Positions 11,331-21,041 of a DNA stretch of 64,000 nucleotides are shown here, in pieces. The position numbers were made by a program, and so were the translations under genes. Each line of letters opens with the position of its first letter. Positions within the stretch are counted from its first letter, which is position 1. The notes under the pieces were generated by a model. The model made no database searches and was not told the DNA's origin. It saw only the letters and a program-made list of their open reading frames with translations. Origin of the DNA: Aquihabitans sp. (GTDB taxonomy: Bacteria > Actinomycetota > Acidimicrobiia > Acidimicrobiales > Iamiaceae); assembly GCA_025353965.1 (NCBI GenBank), contig JANXNS010000003.1:10776-74775 (forward strand), written 5' to 3'.

Positions 11331-12725
11331 ATGGCCAAGGTGCGTACCGTCTTCCGCTGCTCAGAGTGCGGTGCCACCGAGCCCAAATGGACGGGTCGTT
11401 GTGGTGAGTGTGAGGCGTGGGGTTCGTTGGTGGAAGAGAGCGACGGTCTGGCGCCTAGCCAGTCCGTCGCTCTCCCGCCGACCACCCCACCCATTCCGAT
11501 CGGCGATGTAGACCCAACGGAGTTCACGCCCCGCCCCACCGGTGTCGGCGAGTTGGATCGGGTGTTGGGCGGCGGTCTGGTGCCTGGGTCGGTCACCTTG
11601 CTGGGCGGAGAACCTGGCATTGGCAAGTCCACCTTGTTGTTACAGGTTGCCGCAGAGGTGGCTGCCTCCGGCCGCAAGGTGCTCTATATCTCCGGTGAGG
11701 AATCGCCGCAGCAGATCCGCTTGCGGGCGGAGCGGCTCGGCGCCATCCACCCGCGGCTCTGGTTGGCGGCGGAGATTGGGCTGCCCCAAGTGGTCGGGGC
11801 CATAGATGCGGTGCAGCCAGATGTTGTGGTGGTGGATTCCATCCAGACGTTGCTCAACCCGGACCTGTCCTCGGCCCCGGGTTCGGTGGGCCAGGTGCGT
11901 GAGTGCAGCTACCGGCTTGTCCAAGAAGCAAAACGCCGGGGGTGCGCCATCATTTTGGTTGGTCATGTGACCAAAGATGGCTCGCTGGCCGGGCCGCGGG
12001 TCCTGGAACATGTGGTGGACACGGTTCTGGCGTTCGAGGGTGATCGTCACCATGCCTTGCGGCTGTTGCGGGTGATCAAGCACCGCTTTGGTTCAACACT
12101 GGAGTTGGGCCTCTTCGAAATGACGGAGAAGGGCCTGATCGGGGTGCCAGATCCCAGCGGGCTGTTCTTGGCGGATCGCAGGGTCGGGATCCCGGGGTCG
12201 GTGGTTGTGCCCACGATCGAGGGGCACCGACCGCTCTTGGTAGAGATCCAAGTCCTGGTGGCCAGTTCGCCGCTGCCTTCGCCCCGGCGGTCCGCCACCG
12301 GGATTGACAGCGGTCGCCTGTCGCTGCTGCTCGCGGTCCTGGAGCAGCGGGTGGGGGTGCCCACCAGCGCAGTAGATGTGTATGCGCTTGCGGTGGGAGG
12401 CGTGAAGGTGGTCGAGCCTGGGGTAGATCTGGCTTTGGGGCTGGCGGTGGTGTCGTCGCTCACGGGCAAGCCGTTGCCTGGCGATCTTGTTGCTTGTGGA
12501 GAGGTCGGGCTCGGTGGTGAATTGCGCCAGGTGGCCCACACGCCCCGTCGGCTGTCGGAGGCGGCCCGGTTGGGGTTCCGCCAAGCAGTCGTGCCCACGT
12601 CGGCCCCCAACCCGCCCAAGGGCATAGACATCCTTCGGGTTGGCACCTTGGCCGAGGCGGTGGACCGCCTCGGGCTTGGCCGCGATAGTGCGCCTGGTCC
12701 CCGTACCGGCCTCCGCTCGCTCTGA
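11331..12725 (+). CDS. radA: DNA repair protein RadA/Sms
   Basis: C4 zinc finger (CSECG..W.GRCGEC), GGEPGIGKSTL, KHRFG, Lon-like C-terminus. Confidence 0.97.
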   Translation: MAKVRTVFRCSECGATEPKWTGRCGECEAWGSLVEESDGLAPSQSVALPPTTPPIPIGDVDPTEFTPRPTGVGELDRVLGGGLVPGSVTLLGGEPGIGKSTLLLQVAAEVAASGRKVLYISGEESPQQIRLRAERLGAIHPRLWLAAEIGLPQVVGAIDAVQPDVVVVDSIQTLLNPDLSSAPGSVGQVRECSYRLVQEAKRRGCAIILVGHVTKDGSLAGPRVLEHVVDTVLAFEGDRHHALRLLRVIKHRFGSTLELGLFEMTEKGLIGVPDPSGLFLADRRVGIPGSVVVPTIEGHRPLLVEIQVLVASSPLPSPRRSATGIDSGRLSLLLAVLEQRVGVPTSAVDVYALAVGGVKVVEPGVDLALGLAVVSSLTGKPLPGDLVACGEVGLGGELRQVAHTPRRLSEAARLGFRQAVVPTSAPNPPKGIDILRVGTLAEAVDRLGLGRDSAPGPRTGLRSL

Positions 12726-12748
12726 TGGCGCTCCGGTAGCCTGGCCCC

Positions 12749-13813
12749 ATGGTCGCCCGCTATAGCCCTGTGCTCCGCGCCGCCCTGGCTCAGGTTGCCC
12801 CCGGCCGGATGTTGCGTGACGGGATAGACCGAGTCGTCCAGGCGGGCATGGGTGGCCTGCTGGTCATTGGCGATGGTCCCGAGGTGCTCAACATCTGCTC
12901 CGGCGGGTTTTTGCTTGACGCCGCTTTCAGTCCTCAACGGCTCTCTGAGCTGGCCAAGATGGACGGGGCCATCATCCTCGCCCGAGATGGCAGCCGGATT
13001 GCCCGGGCCAACGTTCACCTGGTTCCAGATTCCACTGTTTCCACCACGGAGACGGGCACTCGACACCGCACCGCCGAGCGGGTGGCCAAGTCCCTGGAGG
13101 TCCCGGTGGTCACCGTGTCGCAGCGAATGAACACCATCACGGTGTACATCGGAGACGAGAAGCACGAGATAGACGCCATCCCCCGGGTGGTCAACCGGGC
13201 CAACCAGGCGTTGTCCACGCTCGAGCGGTACCGGAACCGGCTCGATACAGATGCCGCCTCGTTGTCCACGCTGGAGATAGAGGACCTCGTCACTATCCGA
13301 GACGTGGTCAACGTGTTGCAGCGCATAGAGGGCGTGGAGCGAATCGCCAGCGAGATCCAACGCTACCTGGTGGAGCTTGGCGAAGAAGGCCGCATGGTTC
13401 GCCTTCAACTGGTGGAGCTCATGGGTGGCGTGGAACACGATCGCCGCCACATCGTGCGGGACTACCGCGGAGATGCCAAGGGCGTGAGCCTGGATTCCGT
13501 GCTGGATGCGCTGTCTGCGCTCACCACCGAAGATCTGATCGATCCGGCGGAGCTGGTACACGCATTGTGGCTCCCCACCGCCGCCTTGGACGCATCGGTT
13601 TCCCCCCGGGGCTACCGCCTGCTTTCGCGGATTCCCCGCCTGCCCGAGCAGATCACGGAAAATATCGTCGGCCGGTTCGGGAGCTTGCAGAGAATCATGC
13701 GGGCCACCATCGATGATCTCGATGATGTCGAAGGCGTTGGCGCTACCCGGGCCACCGCCATCAAAGATGGCCTGGCCCGTCTGGCCGAGTCAGCAATCTT
13801 GGACCGTTACTAA
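12749..13813 (+). CDS. disA: DNA integrity scanning diadenylate cyclase DisA
   Basis: MDGA and ETGTRHRTAER DAC motifs; C-terminal HhH; follows radA. Confidence 0.96.
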   Translation: MVARYSPVLRAALAQVAPGRMLRDGIDRVVQAGMGGLLVIGDGPEVLNICSGGFLLDAAFSPQRLSELAKMDGAIILARDGSRIARANVHLVPDSTVSTTETGTRHRTAERVAKSLEVPVVTVSQRMNTITVYIGDEKHEIDAIPRVVNRANQALSTLERYRNRLDTDAASLSTLEIEDLVTIRDVVNVLQRIEGVERIASEIQRYLVELGEEGRMVRLQLVELMGGVEHDRRHIVRDYRGDAKGVSLDSVLDALSALTTEDLIDPAELVHALWLPTAALDASVSPRGYRLLSRIPRLPEQITENIVGRFGSLQRIMRATIDDLDDVEGVGATRATAIKDGLARLAESAILDRY

Positions 13814-13825
13814 CGGCCAGCCGGG

Positions 13826-14485
13826 TTAGCGGGCTCGGCGCTCGAGTTCTTCACGGTTGGTAATCCGGTAGCGGCGGTCCTGCTGCTCAATCCAGCGGAG
13901 GCGGACGAAGCTGGCGATGGCCTTGTTGACCCGTTCGCGGGAGGCGCCGACCATGCCAGCCAGTTCCTCCTGGGTGATGGGGAGGGCGAATTCGTCGGCA
14001 TCGCCGGCCAGTTCGAGCAGGCGCTTCGCGGTGCGGCCGGTGACATCGAGGAACACGGAGTCGGCCAGGGCGGAATCTGTGTTGCGGAGGCGGCTGGCCA
14101 ACAGGCGAACCACGCTCCAGAGCAGGGCGGGGCGGGTCTCATAGACCGCCTTCAGCGGCCCATAGGGCAGTTCGACTAGCTCAGAGGGTTCGAGCGCTCG
14201 GGCTTCGGCCGAACGAACGCCGCCGTCGAACAGCCCCATTTCGCCGAAAACATCGCCTCGTTCCATGAGGGCAACCATGGACTCCCGGCCGTCAACGGAC
14301 CGTTTGGCGATCGCGATGCGGCCCGAGGCCACCACGCACAGGCGATCAGGCTCGTCCTCCTCGGCAAAAACCACGTCGCCCCGCAGGTATCGGGCCGTTA
14401 CCGCCGAGGCGGCGACGCGCGCCATCTCGTCGTCGGTGAGCTCCATAAGAAGCTCAACGTCCTGCAGAAGATCAATATCCACCAC
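13826..14485 (-). CDS. Crp/Fnr family transcriptional regulator
   Basis: cNMP-binding FGEMGLFDGGVRSA; HTH ITQEELAGMVGASRERVNKA; start codon uncertain. Confidence 0.92.
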   Translation of the reverse strand: MVDIDLLQDVELLMELTDDEMARVAASAVTARYLRGDVVFAEEDEPDRLCVVASGRIAIAKRSVDGRESMVALMERGDVFGEMGLFDGGVRSAEARALEPSELVELPYGPLKAVYETRPALLWSVVRLLASRLRNTDSALADSVFLDVTGRTAKRLLELAGDADEFALPITQEELAGMVGASRERVNKAIASFVRLRWIEQQDRRYRITNREELERRAR

Positions 14486-14605
14486 GGAGAGATCGTACCG
14501 AGTGTGGGGACCCTCGGTGGCACCGGTCACGTTTTGGCCTCCTCGGGGGTCACCGGCGTCTCCTCGTTGGGCCTCATTGTGAGGTGGTGCCGTAGCGTGC
14601 AACGG

Positions 14606-15259
14606 ATGTCCGATCTGCCTCCCACCTCAGCCGCCGCGGTGTGGGTAATCGTGGTGGCAGCGGGGACGGGCCAGCGCTTCGGCGGGGCCAAGCAGTACGC
14701 CTCGTTGGCCGGGCGCCGAGTGGTGGATTGGTCGATCGACATGGCCCGCTCCGTCGCCCATGGTGTGGTGCTCGTGGTTCCGGCCGATGCGGCCGACGAG
14801 CCCGAGCCAGCGGTCGATGCCGTGGTGGTGGGCGGAGCAACGCGCTCAGCGTCGGTGCGGGCGGGCCTGGCGGCGGTGCCGCTCGATGCCGCCGTGGTGC
14901 TGGTTCACGACGGGGCCCGGCCGCTGGCGTCGCACGCCCTCTTTCGCTCGGTGGTCGACGCCGTGCTGGCCGGTGCCGATGCTGCCGTTCCGGTGGTCCC
15001 CGTGGTCGACACCGTGTGCGATTCCCACGGCGACCCGGTGGATCGCGAGGACCTCCGAGCCGTGCAAACCCCTCAGGGGTTTGAGGGAATCGCTCTCCGC
15101 CGGGTCCACGCCGCACGCCCCGAGGCAACCGACGACGCATCGTTGGTGGTCAGCGGAGGTGGCAGGCTGCGCCTCGTGCATGGTGAGCGCTGGAACCTCA
15201 AGATCACGGAACCGTCAGACCTTGTGGTGGCAGAAGCCATTTTGGCGGCGGGGTCCTGA
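14606..15259 (+). CDS. ispD: 2-C-methyl-D-erythritol 4-phosphate cytidylyltransferase
   Basis: VVAAGTGQRFGGAKQY, LVHDGARP, VQTPQGF, TDDA, NLKITEPSDL. Confidence 0.96.
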   Translation: MSDLPPTSAAAVWVIVVAAGTGQRFGGAKQYASLAGRRVVDWSIDMARSVAHGVVLVVPADAADEPEPAVDAVVVGGATRSASVRAGLAAVPLDAAVVLVHDGARPLASHALFRSVVDAVLAGADAAVPVVPVVDTVCDSHGDPVDREDLRAVQTPQGFEGIALRRVHAARPEATDDASLVVSGGGRLRLVHGERWNLKITEPSDLVVAEAILAAGS

Positions 15260-15735
15260 TGCAGGTCCGGGTTGGGCAGGGGTTCGACGTGCACCCGTTC
15301 ATTGCCGACGCGTCACGGCCGCTCGTGTTGGGTGGCGTCACGTTCCCAAGCGAGCGGGCGCTCAAGGGCCATAGCGATGCCGACGTCATTGCCCATGCCT
15401 GCACCGATGCGTTGCTTGGGGCCGCGGGGCTCGGCGACATTGGTGAGCTCTTCCCAGACACGGATCCTGCGTGGGCCGGTGCCGACAGCTTGGAGCTGTT
15501 GGCCGAAGCCACCCGGCGCGTGCGTGAGGCAGGCTGGGAACCCGGAAATGTGGATGCCTCGGTGGTCACCGATCACCCCAAGCTGGCGCCCATGCGAGAC
15601 GAAATGCAGAGCCGATTGTCGGCCGCCGTTGGCGCGCCGGTCACGGTAAAAGGTCGCCGACCAGAAGGCCTCGGCGCCCTTGGTCGAGGAGAGGGCGTGG
15701 CCTGTTGGGCCGTCGCCGTAGTCACGAGCAGTTGA
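15259..15735 (+). CDS. ispF: 2-C-methyl-D-erythritol 2,4-cyclodiphosphate synthase
   Basis: RVGQGFDVH, GHSDADVIAHA, GLGDIGELFPD, GRGEGV. Confidence 0.97.
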   Translation: MQVRVGQGFDVHPFIADASRPLVLGGVTFPSERALKGHSDADVIAHACTDALLGAAGLGDIGELFPDTDPAWAGADSLELLAEATRRVREAGWEPGNVDASVVTDHPKLAPMRDEMQSRLSAAVGAPVTVKGRRPEGLGALGRGEGVACWAVAVVTSS

Positions 15736-15793
15736 TGGAGATCGAAATGCAGCAGGTACGCAGCCAGGCAAGTAGCACGGTCGAGGTCACCCG

Positions 15794-16819
15794 ATGAGCC
15801 CCGCTGGTGGTGGCCGCAGTGGGTCAGGGCGCGGCAAGGGTCCGGCCGCGGGCCGCGGCTCGGGCGGTCCCAAGGGTGCGCCAAAGGGCGGCACCAAGGG
15901 GCGCGCTTCGGCCGCCCCGTCGGGAGGCAAGGGTCGCGGCGCGGCTGGCAAAGAGGTGCGGGGGAGCGCCGCGCCTACGGGTCGCAAGCGTCCACCACGC
16001 CCGGGCGGCAATGCTCGCAACGCGCTCAACCCCATGGGCCCGCAGTCCAACAAGCCCCGTCAGTCGGCCAAGTCCGGCCTCGGCGGCGAGCAGGTAGAAG
16101 GTCGGCAGGCAGTCCGCGAGCTGCTGTTGGCCAACCGGCGCGACACCCGTGAGATCTGGATGGCCGACGATCTCGACCCGGCCCCGGTGCTGGACGACAT
16201 CCGCGAACTGGCGGGCGAAGCGCGCGTTCTGCTCAAGCTGGTGGGCCGAGGAAAGCTGGACGCCGCGGCGCGCACCGATGCCCCCCAAGGCGTGCTCGCC
16301 TTTGCCCGGCCCCTGCCGGATGTGCCGCTGGACGAGCTCTTGCGGACCCGCGCCGGCATGCCCGCACCGTTCATTCTGCTGAGCGATGGCATCACGGACC
16401 CGGGCAACTTGGGCGCACTGTTACGTTCCGCCGAATGCGCGGGCGTCACCGGTGTGGTGCTGCCCCAGCACCGTGCCGTGCACATCACCCCCGCGGTGAC
16501 CAAGGCGGCGGCGGGCTCGATCGAACACATCCCCATGGCCATCGTCGGCGGGCTGCCCAACGCCATCCGAGAGCTGCGCGCGCAAGGCGTGTGGGTGATC
16601 GGCCTGGACGAGCGGGCCGAGAAGCCCCTGTGGGACCTCAATCTCGGCAGCCGGGCCGTTGCTTTGGTGCTGGGGGCGGAGGGTCCTGGCGTCAGCCGCC
16701 TCGTGCGGGAGCGCTGCGACGAACTGGTCCAGATCCCCATGCGAGGCCGTCTGGCCAGCCTCAACGTCGGCACCGCTGGCGCACTGGCCTGCTTCGAGGT
16801 TGCTCGCGGTCGCGTCTGA
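15794..16819 (+). CDS. rlmB: 23S rRNA (guanosine-2'-O)-methyltransferase RlmB with G/K/R-rich N-terminal extension
   Basis: VEGRQAVRE, ITDPGNLGALLRSA, LGAEGPGV, IPMRG..SLNV SpoU motifs. Confidence 0.92.
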   Translation: MSPAGGGRSGSGRGKGPAAGRGSGGPKGAPKGGTKGRASAAPSGGKGRGAAGKEVRGSAAPTGRKRPPRPGGNARNALNPMGPQSNKPRQSAKSGLGGEQVEGRQAVRELLLANRRDTREIWMADDLDPAPVLDDIRELAGEARVLLKLVGRGKLDAAARTDAPQGVLAFARPLPDVPLDELLRTRAGMPAPFILLSDGITDPGNLGALLRSAECAGVTGVVLPQHRAVHITPAVTKAAAGSIEHIPMAIVGGLPNAIRELRAQGVWVIGLDERAEKPLWDLNLGSRAVALVLGAEGPGVSRLVRERCDELVQIPMRGRLASLNVGTAGALACFEVARGRV

Positions 16820-18453
16820 TGGCCACCGTTCACGCCCGGGATCTTTCGTTTTCCTTCGGCTCGGTACCGGTCTTGGCCGGGATTGACCTGTCCGTCTCGC
16901 CGGGCCAGCGGGTGGGGGTGGTTGGGCCCAACGGGACCGGAAAATCCACGCTGCTGCGTGTGTTGGCCGGCCAACTCGTCCCAGAATCCGGCTCGGTTGT
17001 CACCGCCCCCAAGGCGGCAACGGTGGGCTTGCTCCCACAGGAGCCGGACCGCCGGACCGACGAATCCGTGGTGGAGTTCATCGCCCGTCGGACCGGTGTG
17101 GCCGCGGCCACGACCGAAATGGATGCCGCCACGCAGGGGCTAGCCGACGGCATCCCCGGCGCCGATGATCGATACTCCGACGCGTTGGAACGGTGGCTGG
17201 CCCTGGGCGGACCGGACCTGGATTCGCGCATCGGCGCAACCATGGCGGACCTCGGGCTGGACGCTGCGGCGGCCAGCCAACCCACGGCAACCCTTTCCGG
17301 CGGGCAGGCCGCCCGGGTATCGCTGGCGGCCACCCTGCTGTCTCGCTTCGACATTTTCCTGCTCGACGAGCCGACCAACGATCTTGATTTCGCCGGCCTG
17401 GCCCGCCTCGAGGGGTTTCTCGTCGGGCTCGACGCCGCTGCCGTGGTGGTGAGCCACGATCGGGCGTTCCTCGAACGGGTGGTCACGCACGTCTTCGACC
17501 TAGACGAGCACGCCCACACGGGGTCGCTCTATGCCGGTGGGTGGATGGCCTACCTGGCGGACCGCGGTACCAACCGCCGCCACGCGGAAGAGGCGTATGG
17601 GACCTACCAAGCCAAACGTTCTGAGCTCACCGATCGAGCCAAGACCCAACGGGAATGGTCCGTCCAAGGGGTCAAGAAGTCTAAGAAATCGGGCGAGACC
17701 GACAAGAACATCAAGTTCAAGAATACTGCGGACTCCGAGAAGGTGGCCCACAAAGCCAAGGCCACCGAACGAGCGATGGAACGGCTGGAGAAGGTCGACA
17801 AGCCGTGGGAGAGCTGGGAGCTGCGCTTCGAGATCGGCATGGCCGAACGCTCGGGCGACGTGGTGGCCACCCTGTCCGGCGCCCAGGTCCAGCGAGGCCC
17901 GTTCACGCTCGGGCCCATCGATCTGGAAATTGGGTGGGCCGAGCGGGTGGCCATCCTCGGAGAAAACGGCGCCGGAAAGTCCACCCTGTTGGATGCCCTG
18001 CTCGGGCGGTCAACGCTCAGCGCCGGTGAGTCCTATCTGGGCCCGGGCGTGGTGATTGGTGAGCTCAGCCAGCGTCGGGACCGGTTCGCCACTGCCACCC
18101 CGTTGCTCGACGTGGTCCTCCAGGCCACCGGCCAACCGCTCAACGAGGTCCGGTCGTTGCTGGCCAAGTTTGGGTTGGGGGCAGACCATGTGGCCCGGCC
18201 GTCAGAGCGGTTGTCGCCCGGCGAACGGACCCGAGCCAACCTGGCCCTGTTCATGGCCGAGGGGGTCAACTGCCTGGTGCTGGACGAGCCCACGAACCAC
18301 CTTGACCTGGCGGCGATCGAGCAACTGGAACAGGCGCTGAGTCGATTCGTCGGCACCGTCTTGTTGGTCACCCACGACCGTCAGTTCCTGGACAACGTCA
18401 CCATTACCCGCCGTCTCGAACTGTCCCAAGGTCGCCTTACCCAACTCGACTAG
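16819..18453 (+). CDS. ABC-F family ATP-binding protein
   Basis: Two ABC domains (GPNGTGKST/LSGGQ/LLDEPTN and GENGAGKST/LSPGE/VLDEPTNHLD); no TM segments; TGATG overlap with rlmB. Confidence 0.93.
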   Translation: MATVHARDLSFSFGSVPVLAGIDLSVSPGQRVGVVGPNGTGKSTLLRVLAGQLVPESGSVVTAPKAATVGLLPQEPDRRTDESVVEFIARRTGVAAATTEMDAATQGLADGIPGADDRYSDALERWLALGGPDLDSRIGATMADLGLDAAAASQPTATLSGGQAARVSLAATLLSRFDIFLLDEPTNDLDFAGLARLEGFLVGLDAAAVVVSHDRAFLERVVTHVFDLDEHAHTGSLYAGGWMAYLADRGTNRRHAEEAYGTYQAKRSELTDRAKTQREWSVQGVKKSKKSGETDKNIKFKNTADSEKVAHKAKATERAMERLEKVDKPWESWELRFEIGMAERSGDVVATLSGAQVQRGPFTLGPIDLEIGWAERVAILGENGAGKSTLLDALLGRSTLSAGESYLGPGVVIGELSQRRDRFATATPLLDVVLQATGQPLNEVRSLLAKFGLGADHVARPSERLSPGERTRANLALFMAEGVNCLVLDEPTNHLDLAAIEQLEQALSRFVGTVLLVTHDRQFLDNVTITRRLELSQGRLTQLD

Positions 18454-19253
18454 GTAGCAGCCGGCTCGGTGTAGAGGTTTAGGCGGCCGGGGCGGGCGAA
18501 GCCGGCTAGGGCTATGCCGGCTCGGCGGGCCGCTTCTATGGCTAGCGACGACGGGGCGCTTACCGCGACGATGGTTCCGAAGCCGGCCGCCCACGCCTTT
18601 TGGACAATCTCGAAACTGGTGCGGCCGCTCACGAAGAGCCCCAGTTGGCTGGCCGGGAGGGTGGCGTCGAGCTTGAGGCGGCCCACCACCTTGTCGACCG
18701 CGTTGTGGCGGCCAATGTCCTCCCGGACGAGCAGGATGTCTCCGGCCAGGTCGAACGCGGCCGCGGCGTGGACTCCGCCGGTGGCCGCGAACAATTCTTG
18801 GTGGGGGTGGGCGCGGTCCGGGATAGCCATCAAGATCTCGGGGTCGAACGATGCTCGGTCAGCGAGCGGCGTGAGCCGGTCCGTCACGGCGTCTATCTCG
18901 TCGGTCCCGCACCAGCCGCACGACGACGTGGTGGTGGTCAGCCGGGGGGTGGGTGCGGGAGCTTGGCCGCCCGTATCGACGGTGACGACGTTGAACTTGG
19001 TGTCGACCGCTGAGCCCGTAGCGCAGTAGCGGACCTGCAGCACGGGCGCGCCGGCCAGCAGCCCGTCGGTGAGGCAGAAGCCGACGGCCAGCTCGTAGTC
19101 GTTGCCCGGCGTCCGCATGGTGGTGGCCACCCGCTGACCATCTAGGCGGATCTCCAGCGGCTCTTCGACGATCACGTGGTCCGGGCTGCGACCGCGGTCG
19201 CCATCGGCGAACTTTCGCACCAGTTGCGACGATGTCCGTCCGCGAGCACCCAT
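18450..19253 (-). CDS. fdhD: formate dehydrogenase accessory sulfurtransferase FdhD
   Basis: EEPLEIRL, TMRTPG, SSCGWCG, TGGVHAA, REDIGRHNAVDKVVG. Confidence 0.96.
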   Translation of the reverse strand: MGARGRTSSQLVRKFADGDRGRSPDHVIVEEPLEIRLDGQRVATTMRTPGNDYELAVGFCLTDGLLAGAPVLQVRYCATGSAVDTKFNVVTVDTGGQAPAPTPRLTTTTSSCGWCGTDEIDAVTDRLTPLADRASFDPEILMAIPDRAHPHQELFAATGGVHAAAAFDLAGDILLVREDIGRHNAVDKVVGRLKLDATLPASQLGLFVSGRTSFEIVQKAWAAGFGTIVAVSAPSSLAIEAARRAGIALAGFARPGRLNLYTEPAAT

Positions 19254-19273
19254 ACCCGCCAACCTAACGAGGC

Positions 19274-19294
19274 GGCTGGCCAGTGTGGCCAGCC
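19274..19294. terminator. hairpin between ABC-F gene and fdhD
   Basis: GGCTGGCCA-gtg-TGGCCAGCC, a perfect 9-bp stem. Confidence 0.35.
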
Positions 19295-19301
19295 ATGGCG
19301 A

Positions 19302-20957
19302 CTAGGCCACCGTCAGCGGGACGAGCTTGGCCGGTGAGAAGGGGTAGGCGGGGTCTGCGGTGATGACGTGGAGGGCGGCATCTCGGTCCAGCGCCTCTGC
19401 TACTGAGCAGTCCGCGTCCAGGATCACGAAGCGGTCGAAGCCGCGAAGGAACCAGCGGTCGTGGGTGACAGCCAGGACGGTGCCGACGAAGTCGTCCAGC
19501 GCCGCCTCCAAGGCCTCGGCCGAGGCCAGGTCGAGGTTGTCGGTGGGCTCGTCCAGCAGGAGAAGGTTGACGCCGGATAGTTCCAGGTTCAGGACCTGAA
19601 GCCGGGCTCGTTGGCCGCCGGACATGGTTTCGACTTCCCGCCGGGCGCAGTCGGCCAAGCCGTAGCGGCCGAGGGCGGCGAGCGCGGGCTGCTCGGCCAG
19701 GTCGTGGTCTCCCATGATGGCCAGCGGAGTGCGGCCGGTGAAGGCGGGGACGTCGTCGGTCTGGTGGAACAGGCCGACTTGGACCCGGGCGCCGAGGCGG
19801 AAGGCACCCTCGTGCTCGACCGACGCGTCTCCTCCGAGAAGGCGCAGCAGGTGCGACTTGCCGGTGCCGTTGGGGCCGAGGATGGCGACGCGGTCCCCGA
19901 GGTGGACCTCAAGATCGAACGCGTCGGTGAGACCCGATAGCTCGAGACCCTCGCAGCGCAGAGCGATCTTGCCGCTCTCGGCCCCGTCGAGTTTCATGCG
20001 CACGGTCCGAGCCTTGGGCGGAGGCGGTGGGGGACCGACGGCCACGTAGCGCTCCCACCGGCTCTCTGCGGCGTTGGCCTTGGCCGCGTTTCCGTCGCTG
20101 ATGGAGGCTCGCTGCTTGAGTTCTTTGAAGTAGCGGAAGAGGCGGCGCTCTTCGTCTTTCCATCGAGCCAGCGCGTCCCCGAGGGCAGCGTTGCGGGCTT
20201 GGCGGGCATCGTCGTAGGTGGCCCAGCTACCGGGGTGGGTCCAGGCGCCGGTTCCTTCGATGGTGACCACGGTGTCGGCCGCGGCGGCCAGGAGTTCTCG
20301 GTCGTGGCTGACGAGCAAGATGGTTTTGGGCGTGTGCTTCAGGCGTTCTTCCAGCCAGCGCTTGCCAGGAATGTCGAGGAAGTTGTCGGGCTCGTCCAGT
20401 AGCAGGATCTCTGCGTCGGAGGCCAGCAGCGATTCCAGCACGAGGCGTTTGCGTTCACCGCCGGACAGGCGCGAGACTGGGCGGTCGGCCACCTCCGCCA
20501 GCAGCTTGCCGAGCACCCGGGCGCAGCAGGCATCCCAGCGGCTCTCCTGGTCGTAGCCGCCGACCTCTGACCAGTCGATGACCGCGGTGGCCAACGCCAT
20601 CCCGCTTTGGTCCGTGGGTGCGGCGGCGTTGGCGGCCTCTGCCGTGGCCAGCGCTTGGCCTGCGTCTCGGATTTGGGTGGGGGCGAAGCGGACGAGGAGT
20701 TCTCGCACGGTGGTGTCGGCGTCGGCCCCGGTGCCGATGGATTGGGGCATGAGGGCCATGACGCCGTCGGCGTTGACGGAGCCCGCGAGCAGTGGGTACT
20801 CGCCGAGTACGCACCGCAGCAGCGTGCTCTTGCCCACCCCGTTGGCGCCCACGAGGGCGGCGTGCTGGCCGGAGCGGACGCGAAACGACACGTCTTCGAA
20901 TAGGGTGGACCCACCCGGGTGGGCGTAGGCCGCGCCGGAGACGTTGACGACGGCCAT
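19302..20957 (-). CDS. ABC-F family ATP-binding protein
   Basis: GANGVGKST/LSGGE/LLDEPDN and GPNGTGKS/MSGGQ/LLDEPTDNLD; start MAVVNV at 20957. Confidence 0.92.
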   Translation of the reverse strand: MAVVNVSGAAYAHPGGSTLFEDVSFRVRSGQHAALVGANGVGKSTLLRCVLGEYPLLAGSVNADGVMALMPQSIGTGADADTTVRELLVRFAPTQIRDAGQALATAEAANAAAPTDQSGMALATAVIDWSEVGGYDQESRWDACCARVLGKLLAEVADRPVSRLSGGERKRLVLESLLASDAEILLLDEPDNFLDIPGKRWLEERLKHTPKTILLVSHDRELLAAAADTVVTIEGTGAWTHPGSWATYDDARQARNAALGDALARWKDEERRLFRYFKELKQRASISDGNAAKANAAESRWERYVAVGPPPPPPKARTVRMKLDGAESGKIALRCEGLELSGLTDAFDLEVHLGDRVAILGPNGTGKSHLLRLLGGDASVEHEGAFRLGARVQVGLFHQTDDVPAFTGRTPLAIMGDHDLAEQPALAALGRYGLADCARREVETMSGGQRARLQVLNLELSGVNLLLLDEPTDNLDLASAEALEAALDDFVGTVLAVTHDRWFLRGFDRFVILDADCSVAEALDRDAALHVITADPAYPFSPAKLVPLTVA

Positions 20958-21041
20958 GGTCTGCCATCTTCGTCGACCAGCCGCCCGTCGGGCCAGCGAG
21001 TTCTTGGTGGTTTGGGGCTGGGGGCGGGTAGAACGGTCGCT

